This document shows, piece by piece, positions 37,374 through 45,747 of a DNA stretch of 64,000 bases (within the stretch, counting starts at the first letter, position 1; every line of letters begins with the position of its first letter). Both the position numbers and the translations under genes were made by a program. Source of the stretch: Alphaproteobacteria bacterium (GTDB lineage Bacteria; Pseudomonadota; Alphaproteobacteria; Bin95). The stretch covers positions 3,392,001 through 3,456,000 of the forward strand of contig CBDBGH010000003.1 of the NCBI GenBank assembly GCA_965205265.1, written 5' to 3'. The notes under the pieces were generated by a model. The model did no database searches. It was not told the DNA's origin and saw only the letters and a list, made by a program, of their open reading frames with translations.

Positions 37374-37811
37374 TCAGAAAGGGATGATGTCGCGGGACTC
37401 CCCGGCCTGCTCCGGGGCGCCGCCGGCCGGCATGGCGCCGTTGCCGTTCGCGCCGAGAGGCTTGTCCAGGAACTGGACGCGCGAACCGGGCGCCAGCAGG
37501 ATCTCGGTGGAGAAGCGGTCGCTGTCCTCACCCTCCTTCTTCCACCGCCGGGTCTGGAGCTTGCCCGAGACGTAGACCAGCCGGCCCTTCCTCGCGTTCT
37601 TGACCAGCATGTCGATCAGCCCGTCCTGGAAGGTGACGACGCGATGCCACTCGGTGCGGTCGATGCGCTCGCCGCTGCCGTGCCGGTCGACGTAGCTCTC
37701 GTCGGTGGCGATGCTCATGTTGGCCACGCGGCCTCCCGAGGCGAGATGGTTGACGGTGACGTCGGTGCCGAGGCGGCCGATCACTTCCGCTCTGTTCAAT
37801 CCGAAGCTCAT
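37374..37811 (-). CDS. ssb: Single-stranded DNA-binding protein
   Basis: LNRAEVIGRLG, TEWHRVV, KGRLVYVSGKLQTR, C-terminal IPF. Confidence 0.95.
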   Translation of the reverse strand: MSFGLNRAEVIGRLGTDVTVNHLASGGRVANMSIATDESYVDRHGSGERIDRTEWHRVVTFQDGLIDMLVKNARKGRLVYVSGKLQTRRWKKEGEDSDRFSTEILLAPGSRVQFLDKPLGANGNGAMPAGGAPEQAGESRDIIPF

Positions 37812-37914
37812 GATCTTCTCCTTCATGCTCGATATTGACGTTGGGTTGACGAACGGCGGGAACCGGAATCCCTCGCTCCGGCCCCCTGCCGCTCACCTTC
37901 TCCGAAGCTTTCCT

Positions 37915-38058
37915 TCACTCTGCGTCGCGGCCGGCGAGGACCTCGCGGATGGCCCGGCTGTCGAGGCCGGCCTCGGCCAGCAGTTCGTCGCAGGCCGGCG
38001 TGTCACGTTCGGTGTCGGTTGCCGCATCGGCATCGGTGTCGTGGAAGAACTCGGACAT
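37915..38058 (-). CDS. Small acidic hypothetical protein, 47 aa
   Basis: RBS AGGGGAG; 14 D/E residues versus 4 R. Confidence 0.45.
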   Translation of the reverse strand: MSEFFHDTDADAATDTERDTPACDELLAEAGLDSRAIREVLAGRDAE

Positions 38059-39263
38059 GGGCATCTCCCCTGGGCGACGCCCGGACATCCGGCGGAAGGG
38101 CCGCTCCCTTCCACCCCGCCGGGCGCTCGCCCCCGCGAAAGCCCTTCTCCGACTCCGGGACGCCGGCCCCGGCGGAGACAGGGCGGGCGCGTGACGATGC
38201 GTTCGGCGGCAACACCATGGTCGCGGCCACCGGCGCCGGCCGGCGGCACGTGCCTCCGGCGGGCGCTCAGGCCCAGGATGCGAAGCGCGCCATGGGGCTG
38301 GCGTCCGCGACGATCTCGACCTCGTCGTGCGAGAGCTTCGCGAAGGCGAGGCAGAGCGCGACATCGGCCTCGCTGTCGAACGGCCCGTGCTCGCGGCCGG
38401 TCTCCAGTTCGATGACGGTCCAGGTCGGATCCCAGACCGGGATGCCCCTGAAATGCGCCGAGCCGTGGCAGGATTTCTCCGCGCAGGGCGGGCAGCGGGC
38501 GGCGCCCTGGGCCGGCGCCCCGCATGCCGTGCACAATCCGCGCTCGCGCCGGAACCTGTAGCGCCTCCGGCTCTGCGCGTTCTTGCGTTGCGGGTTGCGC
38601 CCGGCGCTGTCGGCGACCGCGCAGGGGGCGCAGTATGCCGCGCCGCCGAAGGTGGGGGTCCGGCACCGGACGCACAACCCGGCGGCGCGCCTGTCGGCAT
38701 GGCGCTGCCTTTTCGCCTGCCGGTGGTCGTCGCGGCACGGCCCGCACAGGGTCCGGCCGTCCTCGGGCGGGGCGTTGCCGCAGCGCACACAGAGGCCGGC
38801 GGCCTGGCGGGCCTCGCTGCGCCGGCGGCTGCGCTCCCGGCCGGCCTTGCGCCGGGCTACCGGATCGCGCCCGCCATAGGGTATCCTCTGGGCACTGGCC
38901 CGGGCGTGACGCTCGCGATCGTGCGCGCGATGCTTCTCAGCGCAAGGCCCGCAGGTCGTGCGCTCCGGGCGCGCCGGAACCCGGCCGCACCTTGTGCAGA
39001 TGCCCGTCGCCTTCCTCTCGACATACAGCTTGCGGTCGCGCTCGCGCCCCTGGCGCCGTGCCCGTTCGGGGTCGCGCCGGGGCTTCTTGCCGGCCCGCAG
39101 GCGGGCGTCCCGCGCCCGGCTCGCGCGGTTCTGTTTCTCGTTGCAGGGCGCGCACAGGCGGCGTTCCGGCACAGGGCCGGTCCGGCCGCATCCCGGGCAC
39201 AGGCCGGCCTCGGTCCGTGCGGCGGTGCGTCTGGCGATGCGCGCGCGGTCGCGCGCACGGCGG

Positions 39264-40061
39264 TTATCCCGAGTCGCTTCTAATGCCGAGTCGGGTGCGG
39301 AAGTCACCTTGTCCATTGAGTTTCTCCATAGGTTTACTCGGCATTAAATTCGGGTGTCATCGCGCGCTGAGAACACTCATCAGGTCGTCCTGCACACCGC
39401 GGAACGTCCCCGGTCTGATGGACGGCGGTGGGTTGTTCTGAAGGATTTCCAGTTTCTCCACTGGGCTTGCACGGAGATACGCTTCGGTGGTTTTGATGTC
39501 CGCGTGGCCGAGCCAGAGAGAGACTTTCCGGACGTCTCCGGTGGCGTGCAGGATCGTCATGGCGGTGGCATGACGCAGCACATGCGGGGTCACCCGCTTG
39601 CTCCGGAGCGACGGAGCCTTCGGTGTAGCCGTGGCGACATGCTTCTTGAGGATGTACGCGAAGCCATCCGCGCTCATCGCCCGTCCTCGTGCGCGGTCGA
39701 CTGTTTCCAGCGCAATACCGGTCAACGCAAGCCAGACCACGAAGTGTCGGGCAGTGCTCCGGTAGCGACGGACACGATTTCCTTCGATCCCCTGACGGAC
39801 ACGGAGATCGTCGATAAACGCTCGAATGACCGGGTCGATGCTGGTCAGTGCCGTAGTCGCCAGCAGGGGCCGGCGATCTCGTCTTGAAGCCATTGTCGTC
39901 CTCCATTTCATCGAAAGGGGGGACGACTCATAGGCGCGATGGCACCCGAATTTAATGCCGAGTAAACCTATGGAGAAACTCAATGGACAAGGTGACTTCC
40001 GCACCCGACTCGGCATTAGAAGCGACTCGGGATAACCGCCGAAATTCCGAGCTCGGAATTT
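39264..40061 (-). mobile_element. Internally deleted RIT-like (tyrosine recombinase) element
   Basis: 108-bp inverted repeats at 39258-39365 and 39934-40041 (one mismatch) containing TAATGCCG motifs; CGGCGG direct repeats at 39258-39263 and 40062-40067. Confidence 0.75.
39357..39893 (-). pseudogene. Chimeric tyrosine recombinase remnant (RitA-like N-terminus joined to RitC-like C-terminus)
   Basis: VTPHVLRH...LGHADIKTTEAY present, but the upstream catalytic R/K region is missing. Confidence 0.7.
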
Positions 40062-40198
40062 CGGCGGATTTCCGGGTTGGAACAGGCCATGCCGTCCTCC
40101 TCGGTTCGTGGAACAAGGGGAAAGGCGGACGCCCGGCCGCCTGGCCCGGCCCCCGAGCCGGGGACGCCGGGCCGGCAGGACGTCCCGGAAGAAGGCCG

Positions 40199-40525
40199 TC
40201 AGCCCTTCTGGCGGCGGTCGATACCGAGCCCCATGGCGTAGGTGCCCCAGTACTGGACCCCGCCTCGGCTGCCGAGGCCGGTGCAGACGATGATCTCGTT
40301 GCGCTCGGGCCGCATCTCCCTCACCGCCTTCAGCGTCGCGGTGGCACGGCCCGCCTTGCGCCGGCCCTTCGCGTTCGCCGCCTCCGGCCGGACCGGGCGG
40401 ATATCGCCACAGGCCAGAGCCCGGAAACGCTCCACGGCATAGCGGTCATCGGAAAGCCCGCTGCCGAAGAAATGCGTCAGGAAGGTGTTCGCCGTGTTGC
40501 GGGGGAATGCCATGGCTGCCGTCAT
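40199..40525 (-). CDS. Hypothetical protein, 108 aa
   Basis: RBS GAAGGAG before ATG at 40525. Confidence 0.5.
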   Translation of the reverse strand: MTAAMAFPRNTANTFLTHFFGSGLSDDRYAVERFRALACGDIRPVRPEAANAKGRRKAGRATATLKAVREMRPERNEIIVCTGLGSRGGVQYWGTYAMGLGIDRRQKG

Positions 40526-40840
40526 GGTGCCGTCTCCTTCGTGCCGATGAGGGGAAACGGACGAACGCCCTCTCCCGGACGCCCGACCGCCGCCCCGCTC
40601 ACGGCCAGGCCTCCCCTCCTGCCGGCGAGGGGCGCGCGGGCGGGGAGACCGGAAGGAGGGCGGCGGGCCGGCAACACGCGTCGGACGGAATGCGGATGCC
40701 GGGCCTTGTTTCCCCTCGGGACGGAACGGCTTTCCCCGCGCCGACGAAATGCGTATCCATTCGCCCGGAGAGAAGCCGCCGGAAGAACGGCGCGCGGTCC
40801 TCCGCGTCTGTCGCATCGCTTGCCGTCCGGGCTCTCGATC

Positions 40841-40926
40841 AAAAAAGAAGGGTGGCGCAGGAAACGCGCCACCCTTGTCACGACCGGGGACCGGGCCGGG
40901 CTCCCGCATCAACGGGAGCCCGGCCC
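40841..40926 (-). terminator. Two hairpins downstream of the lipoprotein gene; the distal one has a U-tract
   Basis: 14-bp stem at 40893-40926 and 11-bp stem at 40848-40876, followed on the minus strand by CTTTTTT. Confidence 0.75.
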
Positions 40927-40933
40927 CGTTCGG

Positions 40934-43306
40934 CTACTCCTCCAGCTGAATCTTCGCGCCGAACGCGCCTACCATCCGGTGGGTGTCGCCGTGCTCGGCG
41001 TAGAACTTGCCGAGCACCGAACTCGGCCTGTCGCTGCCGTCGCCGCCATCCGCAATGGTGCCGACCGCCTCGTCATACAGCGAGGCAACCCAGCTGCCGG
41101 CCGGCGTCTCCTTGGTACCGTTGATCGACCAGACCGTCTTGGCCGTCTTGTCGGTGTGGCCTTTCTGCGCCCCAATCTCACGACTGGCCCCGGTGGTCCA
41201 GGCGCCCTTCTGCAACGTCACGCTCCAGTTCGGCTCCGACCCGTTGTCCAGGCGGAACCCGTCGATCGTGCCGGTCATGCCCGCCTCGGGCACCAGGTTG
41301 GTGGCCCCGAACTTGGCCAGGAGCTTGGCCGTCGCCGTGAAGTCGCCGCCGTCGCCCTTCTCGTTGAGCGGGTCGTGGATGGCGTACACGCCGACCGCGG
41401 GGCCCTCGTAGCGCGCCACGCCGTTCAGGCTGCCGCCGTCCGTGGTGAGCTCGATGTCCCCGCCAGTGCTTCGGTAGAAGGCGCTGACCGCCGCGGGCAT
41501 GCCGTTGACGTCGTTCCGCACCCACCAGCCGAAGTACATGTAGCTGAGGTCCCTTTCCAGCACCTTCGCGCCCGCGTCGTGGACGAAGTACCAGCCGTCG
41601 GACAGGAAGTAGTAGCCGCCGACCCCGGTCCCGATTATGCAGGTGCCGGAGACGGGGCAGAAGTAGGTGCCCGGCGCGCCGTAGTAGGTGCCGGGGATCT
41701 TGATCTCCGCGCCCCCGTCGGTCGGCTTCGGAGCGGTCACGCTCCCTATCCTGACGGTCCACTTGTCGAACGTTTCGGATGCGATCGCCCGGTCGGCCCC
41801 GGTGCCCAGGGACAGCTTGCGAGACTCCGCGGTGTAGGTCCCCTTGTTGATCCAGTCGGTGTCGTCCTTGAAGAACTTCGCGGCATCCATCGGGACGACA
41901 CCCCATCTCTCCAGCGGGCCGCCCTGCCGGTCGTTGTACACCCGGACCTTGTCGGTGACCTTCATGCTGCCGGAGCCGGTGGTCCTCTCGTAGTGCGTGA
42001 CGTTCCACCGGCCGACCTTGTCCATGGCCGTGTCGTGCCCGGGGCGCCCCTCCGCGCCGTGCCTGAAGTACACGGCGGTGTGGGTGTTCGCAGTCGCGAT
42101 GCTCCCCGCGCCGGCCGCGGGGTCGATGCGGAAGTCCCCCCGCTCGCCCCTCTGACCGGTCGCCTCCGCCGGGGCGTCGTGCTGGCTATCGGTGATACTG
42201 GTGATGTAGTACGGGACGGTCGCGAGGTTGTTCAGCGCGTTCACGGGGGCCGTTGTGTCGTCGGACGGACCCATCGCCGCGTACAGCGCCCTGCCCATCT
42301 TGTGCCCATCCATGCGTGCCTTCTTGGCGTTGCCGAAGGCGTCCTCCTGCAGGGCGAGCCTCATGCGCAGCAACTCCTTGTTGAGCTCGGGGATGTTCGC
42401 GTCCATGATCGCCGTCTTGGCCGCCGCGATGGCGGCTTCGACGTCGGTCACGGTGCTGTTGTCGGACAGGGGCGTGATCATCCCGATCGGTTCCGTGATC
42501 GCATCGATCTGCTGTATGATGCGGTAGAACAGATTCAGCTCGCTGCCTAGGCATCTCGTTGAGGTGCGGGCGATGGAGCACCACACCAGCGGCTCTTTCA
42601 CAACGAGCAACTCCAGATACGGGGCCTTTTCGTCGTCGGTCAGATCCTCGGCGCCCGAGATCGCGGCCTCCAAAGCGGTGATGGCGGCGTCGAGCTGCGT
42701 TTCCGTAGGAAACGCGTCCTGCTCAGCCCCTGCAGCAAGCATTGCGAGCTCCCCGGAAGCAGCCGAAAGCGCGTTCATCTGCTCTTTCCGGCGCACGTCT
42801 TTCTCGGCGCTGGCCAGCTGCGTCCGATACGTCGCCTTGTCGGCATCGCTCACGTCGGCCGCACCGTCCAGCGCCTCCTTGAGAGCCGCGATGGCCGCCT
42901 TGGCCGCGGCGAGCTTGTCCGCGTCCGACAGGTCGGACGTGTCGACCTCGGCGAGCGCGTCCATCAGCGCCTTCTTCTGCGCCTCGGTGCGAGCCATCGT
43001 CTTCTGCGCCTCGGTGCGAGCCATCGTCGCCAGCGCCGTCTTGCGCGCGGCAGCCGCCGCCTGAAGCTTCGCGAGTTCCGCGCCGGAAACGCCGGCCGTT
43101 GCATCGGCAACGGCCTTGTCGACCGCAGCGTCCGTCGTGGCCGCCTTGATGGCCGCTTCCGCCTTCTGGTAGGGCGTCTGCGTCGGCATCTGCGTCGTCG
43201 GCGTCTTCGGCGTCGTCGACGGCGAGCTTCCGCCCCCGCCGCAGCCCGCAAGCGCCAGGGTCGCGGCGGCCATCGCCACGAGCGCCAAGCGTTTCACAGT
43301 TCTCAT
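40934..43306 (-). CDS. Surface lipoprotein with Ala-rich helical repeats and a TbpB-like C-terminal beta-barrel
   Basis: Lipobox LALAGC followed by GGGG linker; YMYFGWW, YEGPAVG, MVGAFGAK C-terminus; 27-bp tandem duplication (TMARTEAQK twice). Confidence 0.8.
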   Translation of the reverse strand: MRTVKRLALVAMAAATLALAGCGGGGSSPSTTPKTPTTQMPTQTPYQKAEAAIKAATTDAAVDKAVADATAGVSGAELAKLQAAAAARKTALATMARTEAQKTMARTEAQKKALMDALAEVDTSDLSDADKLAAAKAAIAALKEALDGAADVSDADKATYRTQLASAEKDVRRKEQMNALSAASGELAMLAAGAEQDAFPTETQLDAAITALEAAISGAEDLTDDEKAPYLELLVVKEPLVWCSIARTSTRCLGSELNLFYRIIQQIDAITEPIGMITPLSDNSTVTDVEAAIAAAKTAIMDANIPELNKELLRMRLALQEDAFGNAKKARMDGHKMGRALYAAMGPSDDTTAPVNALNNLATVPYYITSITDSQHDAPAEATGQRGERGDFRIDPAAGAGSIATANTHTAVYFRHGAEGRPGHDTAMDKVGRWNVTHYERTTGSGSMKVTDKVRVYNDRQGGPLERWGVVPMDAAKFFKDDTDWINKGTYTAESRKLSLGTGADRAIASETFDKWTVRIGSVTAPKPTDGGAEIKIPGTYYGAPGTYFCPVSGTCIIGTGVGGYYFLSDGWYFVHDAGAKVLERDLSYMYFGWWVRNDVNGMPAAVSAFYRSTGGDIELTTDGGSLNGVARYEGPAVGVYAIHDPLNEKGDGGDFTATAKLLAKFGATNLVPEAGMTGTIDGFRLDNGSEPNWSVTLQKGAWTTGASREIGAQKGHTDKTAKTVWSINGTKETPAGSWVASLYDEAVGTIADGGDGSDRPSSVLGKFYAEHGDTHRMVGAFGAKIQLEE

Positions 43307-43334
43307 GAACCCTTCTCCTTTCCGTCCTGCGCCG

Positions 43335-43428
43335 TGCGGCGCGCCAATCAAGCTGAGACGTCTGCGTCAATCAGGATGAGACGGGGGCCGCCGGCTCGAA
43401 AGATTTTTCCCTGGGCCTTCTGGCGGTG
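43335..43428 (+). mobile_element. Orphan IS21 left-end remnant
   Basis: TGCGGCGCGCCAATCAAGCTGAGACG... is nearly identical to the sequence from 52222, with an internal deletion. Confidence 0.75.
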
Positions 43429-43429
43429 T

Positions 43430-43704
43430 CGGTCGGCCAGCGTCAGGCTCTCACCGGCAGCGCCCGACCCGACGTGACCGTGAGGCTGATGGCTTCGCCC
43501 TCGGCTACCGCCGCCGGGTCGGCCGGCGATTGCTAATGTCGGCGTGATGTCCGTGACTGACGCCGCCAGAGCCACCAGCGATCCGCAGGGGGCCTGCGCC
43601 CGCGCGGTTTGTGGCGCGAGGACGGCAGCGAGTGTCAGCAGTGAGAACAGAACGGCGAGAAGAGCCGCGCTCAGGCGGCGGGCAGGTCTCCGGAGGGTGC
43701 CCAC
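43430..43704 (-). pseudogene. Remnant of a secreted adhesin-like gene
   Basis: Signal peptide ending ARA-Q, then a frameshifted Calx-beta-like stretch (PAAVAEGEAISLTVT). Confidence 0.35.
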
Positions 43705-43995
43705 CGGATCAGCCCCGCGCCGGATCGGATGCTGAATCCTCGGGGGGGGTTACGAAGGTCGCGCGCGCGTGAGGCAGTCACGTCCTCACCCCGCCCGGAC
43801 AGCAGCCGCAGGAGGCCGCGCATCGCAACGACGCTTGCAATGTTCGTCATGACTTCAACCTCCCTTGCCGAACTGGATTGCGACCGCAGGACAGCGGCAG
43901 CAAGCCTTTCGACCCTGTTCTTTAGGAAAAACAGCGGCCCGTTGCAACCCGATCTGCGGTCACATCAGGGCGAATGCGTTCTTCAGGCATTTGAT

Positions 43996-45690
43996 CCTAA
44001 ATCCGGCGGTTGGAGGGCGTGATCGCCCTCTCGGCGCGGTTGGAATGGTCGATTTCGGGTTCGATTTCAGCACGCTGGCGCGGCCCGAGGGGGCGGCAGC
44101 CAGGGCTGACGGCCCGGCTCGCGGCCGTGGAGGTATTTTTTGAGCGCTTCGGCGAGGATCCGGCGCCAGCGATCCTCGGCGCTCAACTGCTCCGCACTTT
44201 GCCTCACGGTCCGGAAGAAGCCGGCGATCCGCCGCAGGGCAGCAGCCACCGCCTCGCGCCGCCCGTGGTGGGAGGTCACCGTCAGCCGGGGCTGGCCGGC
44301 GTGCCAGGTCTGGCGGGCGACGCCGTGCAGCAGCAGCGGCCGGCTGGTGATCGCCTCGCGGTGGCGCTCGGGACCGGCGAGGCGGACGAAGAGGCTCCAC
44401 CAGTCGTAGATGAGCGCGATCAGCCGGGCCATGTGGCGGCAGCGCGTCAGGTCGTGCGTGGTGAAGCCTCCCCAGCCCCACTGGTTCTTCAACTCGTCGA
44501 AGCCGTTCTCCGCGTCGGCCCGGTCGCGGTAGAGCTGGGCCACAGAGCGCACCTCCAGATCGAGCGAGGTGGCCAGCACCGCGAACTCCCATACCCCGGT
44601 GCCGGGCTGCGCCTCGGTCCAGAACAGCTCGCCCTGGGCGGTGTCGCCGCGCGTCAGCGCCAGTGTCGCCGGAAGCCGGCGGCGCAGAACCACGGCCCGG
44701 CGCAACCGGCTCCAGCCCTGCAAGCGCAGATCGGCCCCGATCCCCTGCCAGCCCTGGCCCGCATCCTCCCAGCCGTCCCGCGCCATCTGCCGCTCGGCAA
44801 GCCGGCGCGCGCCCCTGGTCAGGCGCAGCTTGAACAGATAGTCCAGACCCGCCGCCTCGCACGACGCCATGTTGCCCTCGCTGCCCCAGTCCTTGTCCCC
44901 CCGCACCAGGCGCGGCCAGCGGTCCCGGCCGAGACGGTCCAGCAAAGCCCACAAGGACGGCGCCGCCCGGTTCGAGCGGTGATGATTGCCCGGCGCAACC
45001 TCGACATCCAGAACCAGCCGCGTGCCCGCCATCAGGAACGCATGGCAGGCGTGCGAGGGACGGCCCGGCTTCTTCGGGTTGTAGCTCACCACCGCCCCCT
45101 CCTGGCGGCCGTAGAGCGGCTTGATCGTCGTGTCGCAGTCCAGAACCCAAGGCTCGCTCAGCAGCGGGCGGACCGTGGCGTCGAGATGGCCCTGAAGCCA
45201 CGTTGTGCCCTCATCCGCCCCGATCCGCTCCAGACCGCGCCGCACCGAATCCTCGCTCGCGACCTTGCCCATACCCAACAGCGCCGGGTTCACCCCGTCC
45301 CCGCGCAGCGCCGTGATGTGCGCATAGCGAGACTGGCCCGCGAGGATCGACAGCAGCACCGTCCCCAGAACGTCCCGCTTCGACGGCGCGTTCGGGCTCG
45401 TGTAGACGAGCGGGCAGTCCGCCACCAGCGCCTCGAAGCGACCGCTCACCTTCAGATATTCCGCGAAGAACGCCAGATGGCCAAGCGGCGTCACCGCCGC
45501 ATCCGGGTCCCATTCGACGTGAACCGTGCCGCCGAAGGTGTCCACCTTCACAGCCTCGCAGGCGAGGTCCCGCACAGCGCCAGAACCCTCACCCGCAGGG
45601 TGACCCTCTCGGCCCCATCCAAATCCGCTCATACCCGCAGTCTACAAGGGCCACGGCGAATCCAGACCCCGATCAACTGCCGGATTTAGG
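43996..45690 (-). mobile_element. IS1380-family element
   Basis: IRs CCTAAATCCGGC(G/A)GTTG; 5-bp TSD TTGAT at 43991-43995 and 45691-45695. Confidence 0.9.
44067..45632 (-). CDS. IS1380 DDE transposase
   Basis: LDCDTT, VRGDKDWG, YRDRADAENGFDELK. Confidence 0.88.
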   Translation of the reverse strand: MSGFGWGREGHPAGEGSGAVRDLACEAVKVDTFGGTVHVEWDPDAAVTPLGHLAFFAEYLKVSGRFEALVADCPLVYTSPNAPSKRDVLGTVLLSILAGQSRYAHITALRGDGVNPALLGMGKVASEDSVRRGLERIGADEGTTWLQGHLDATVRPLLSEPWVLDCDTTIKPLYGRQEGAVVSYNPKKPGRPSHACHAFLMAGTRLVLDVEVAPGNHHRSNRAAPSLWALLDRLGRDRWPRLVRGDKDWGSEGNMASCEAAGLDYLFKLRLTRGARRLAERQMARDGWEDAGQGWQGIGADLRLQGWSRLRRAVVLRRRLPATLALTRGDTAQGELFWTEAQPGTGVWEFAVLATSLDLEVRSVAQLYRDRADAENGFDELKNQWGWGGFTTHDLTRCRHMARLIALIYDWWSLFVRLAGPERHREAITSRPLLLHGVARQTWHAGQPRLTVTSHHGRREAVAAALRRIAGFFRTVRQSAEQLSAEDRWRRILAEALKKYLHGREPGRQPWLPPPRAAPAC

Positions 45691-45747
45691 TTGATCTGTC
45701 TGACAACAGGTTGACGGCGATACTGAACTTCCCCGCCACGATTTGGT

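Larger units (their letters stand above)
38267..40090 (-). pseudogene. Arg-rich protein with five C4 zinc-finger repeats, interrupted after codon 10 by a mini-RIT element
   Basis: Joining 40090-40062 to 39257-38267 gives MACSNPEIRRARDRARI... in frame, with RBS GAGGAGG; five G(L/I)CxxC-x(9-11)-CxxC units. Confidence 0.75.
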
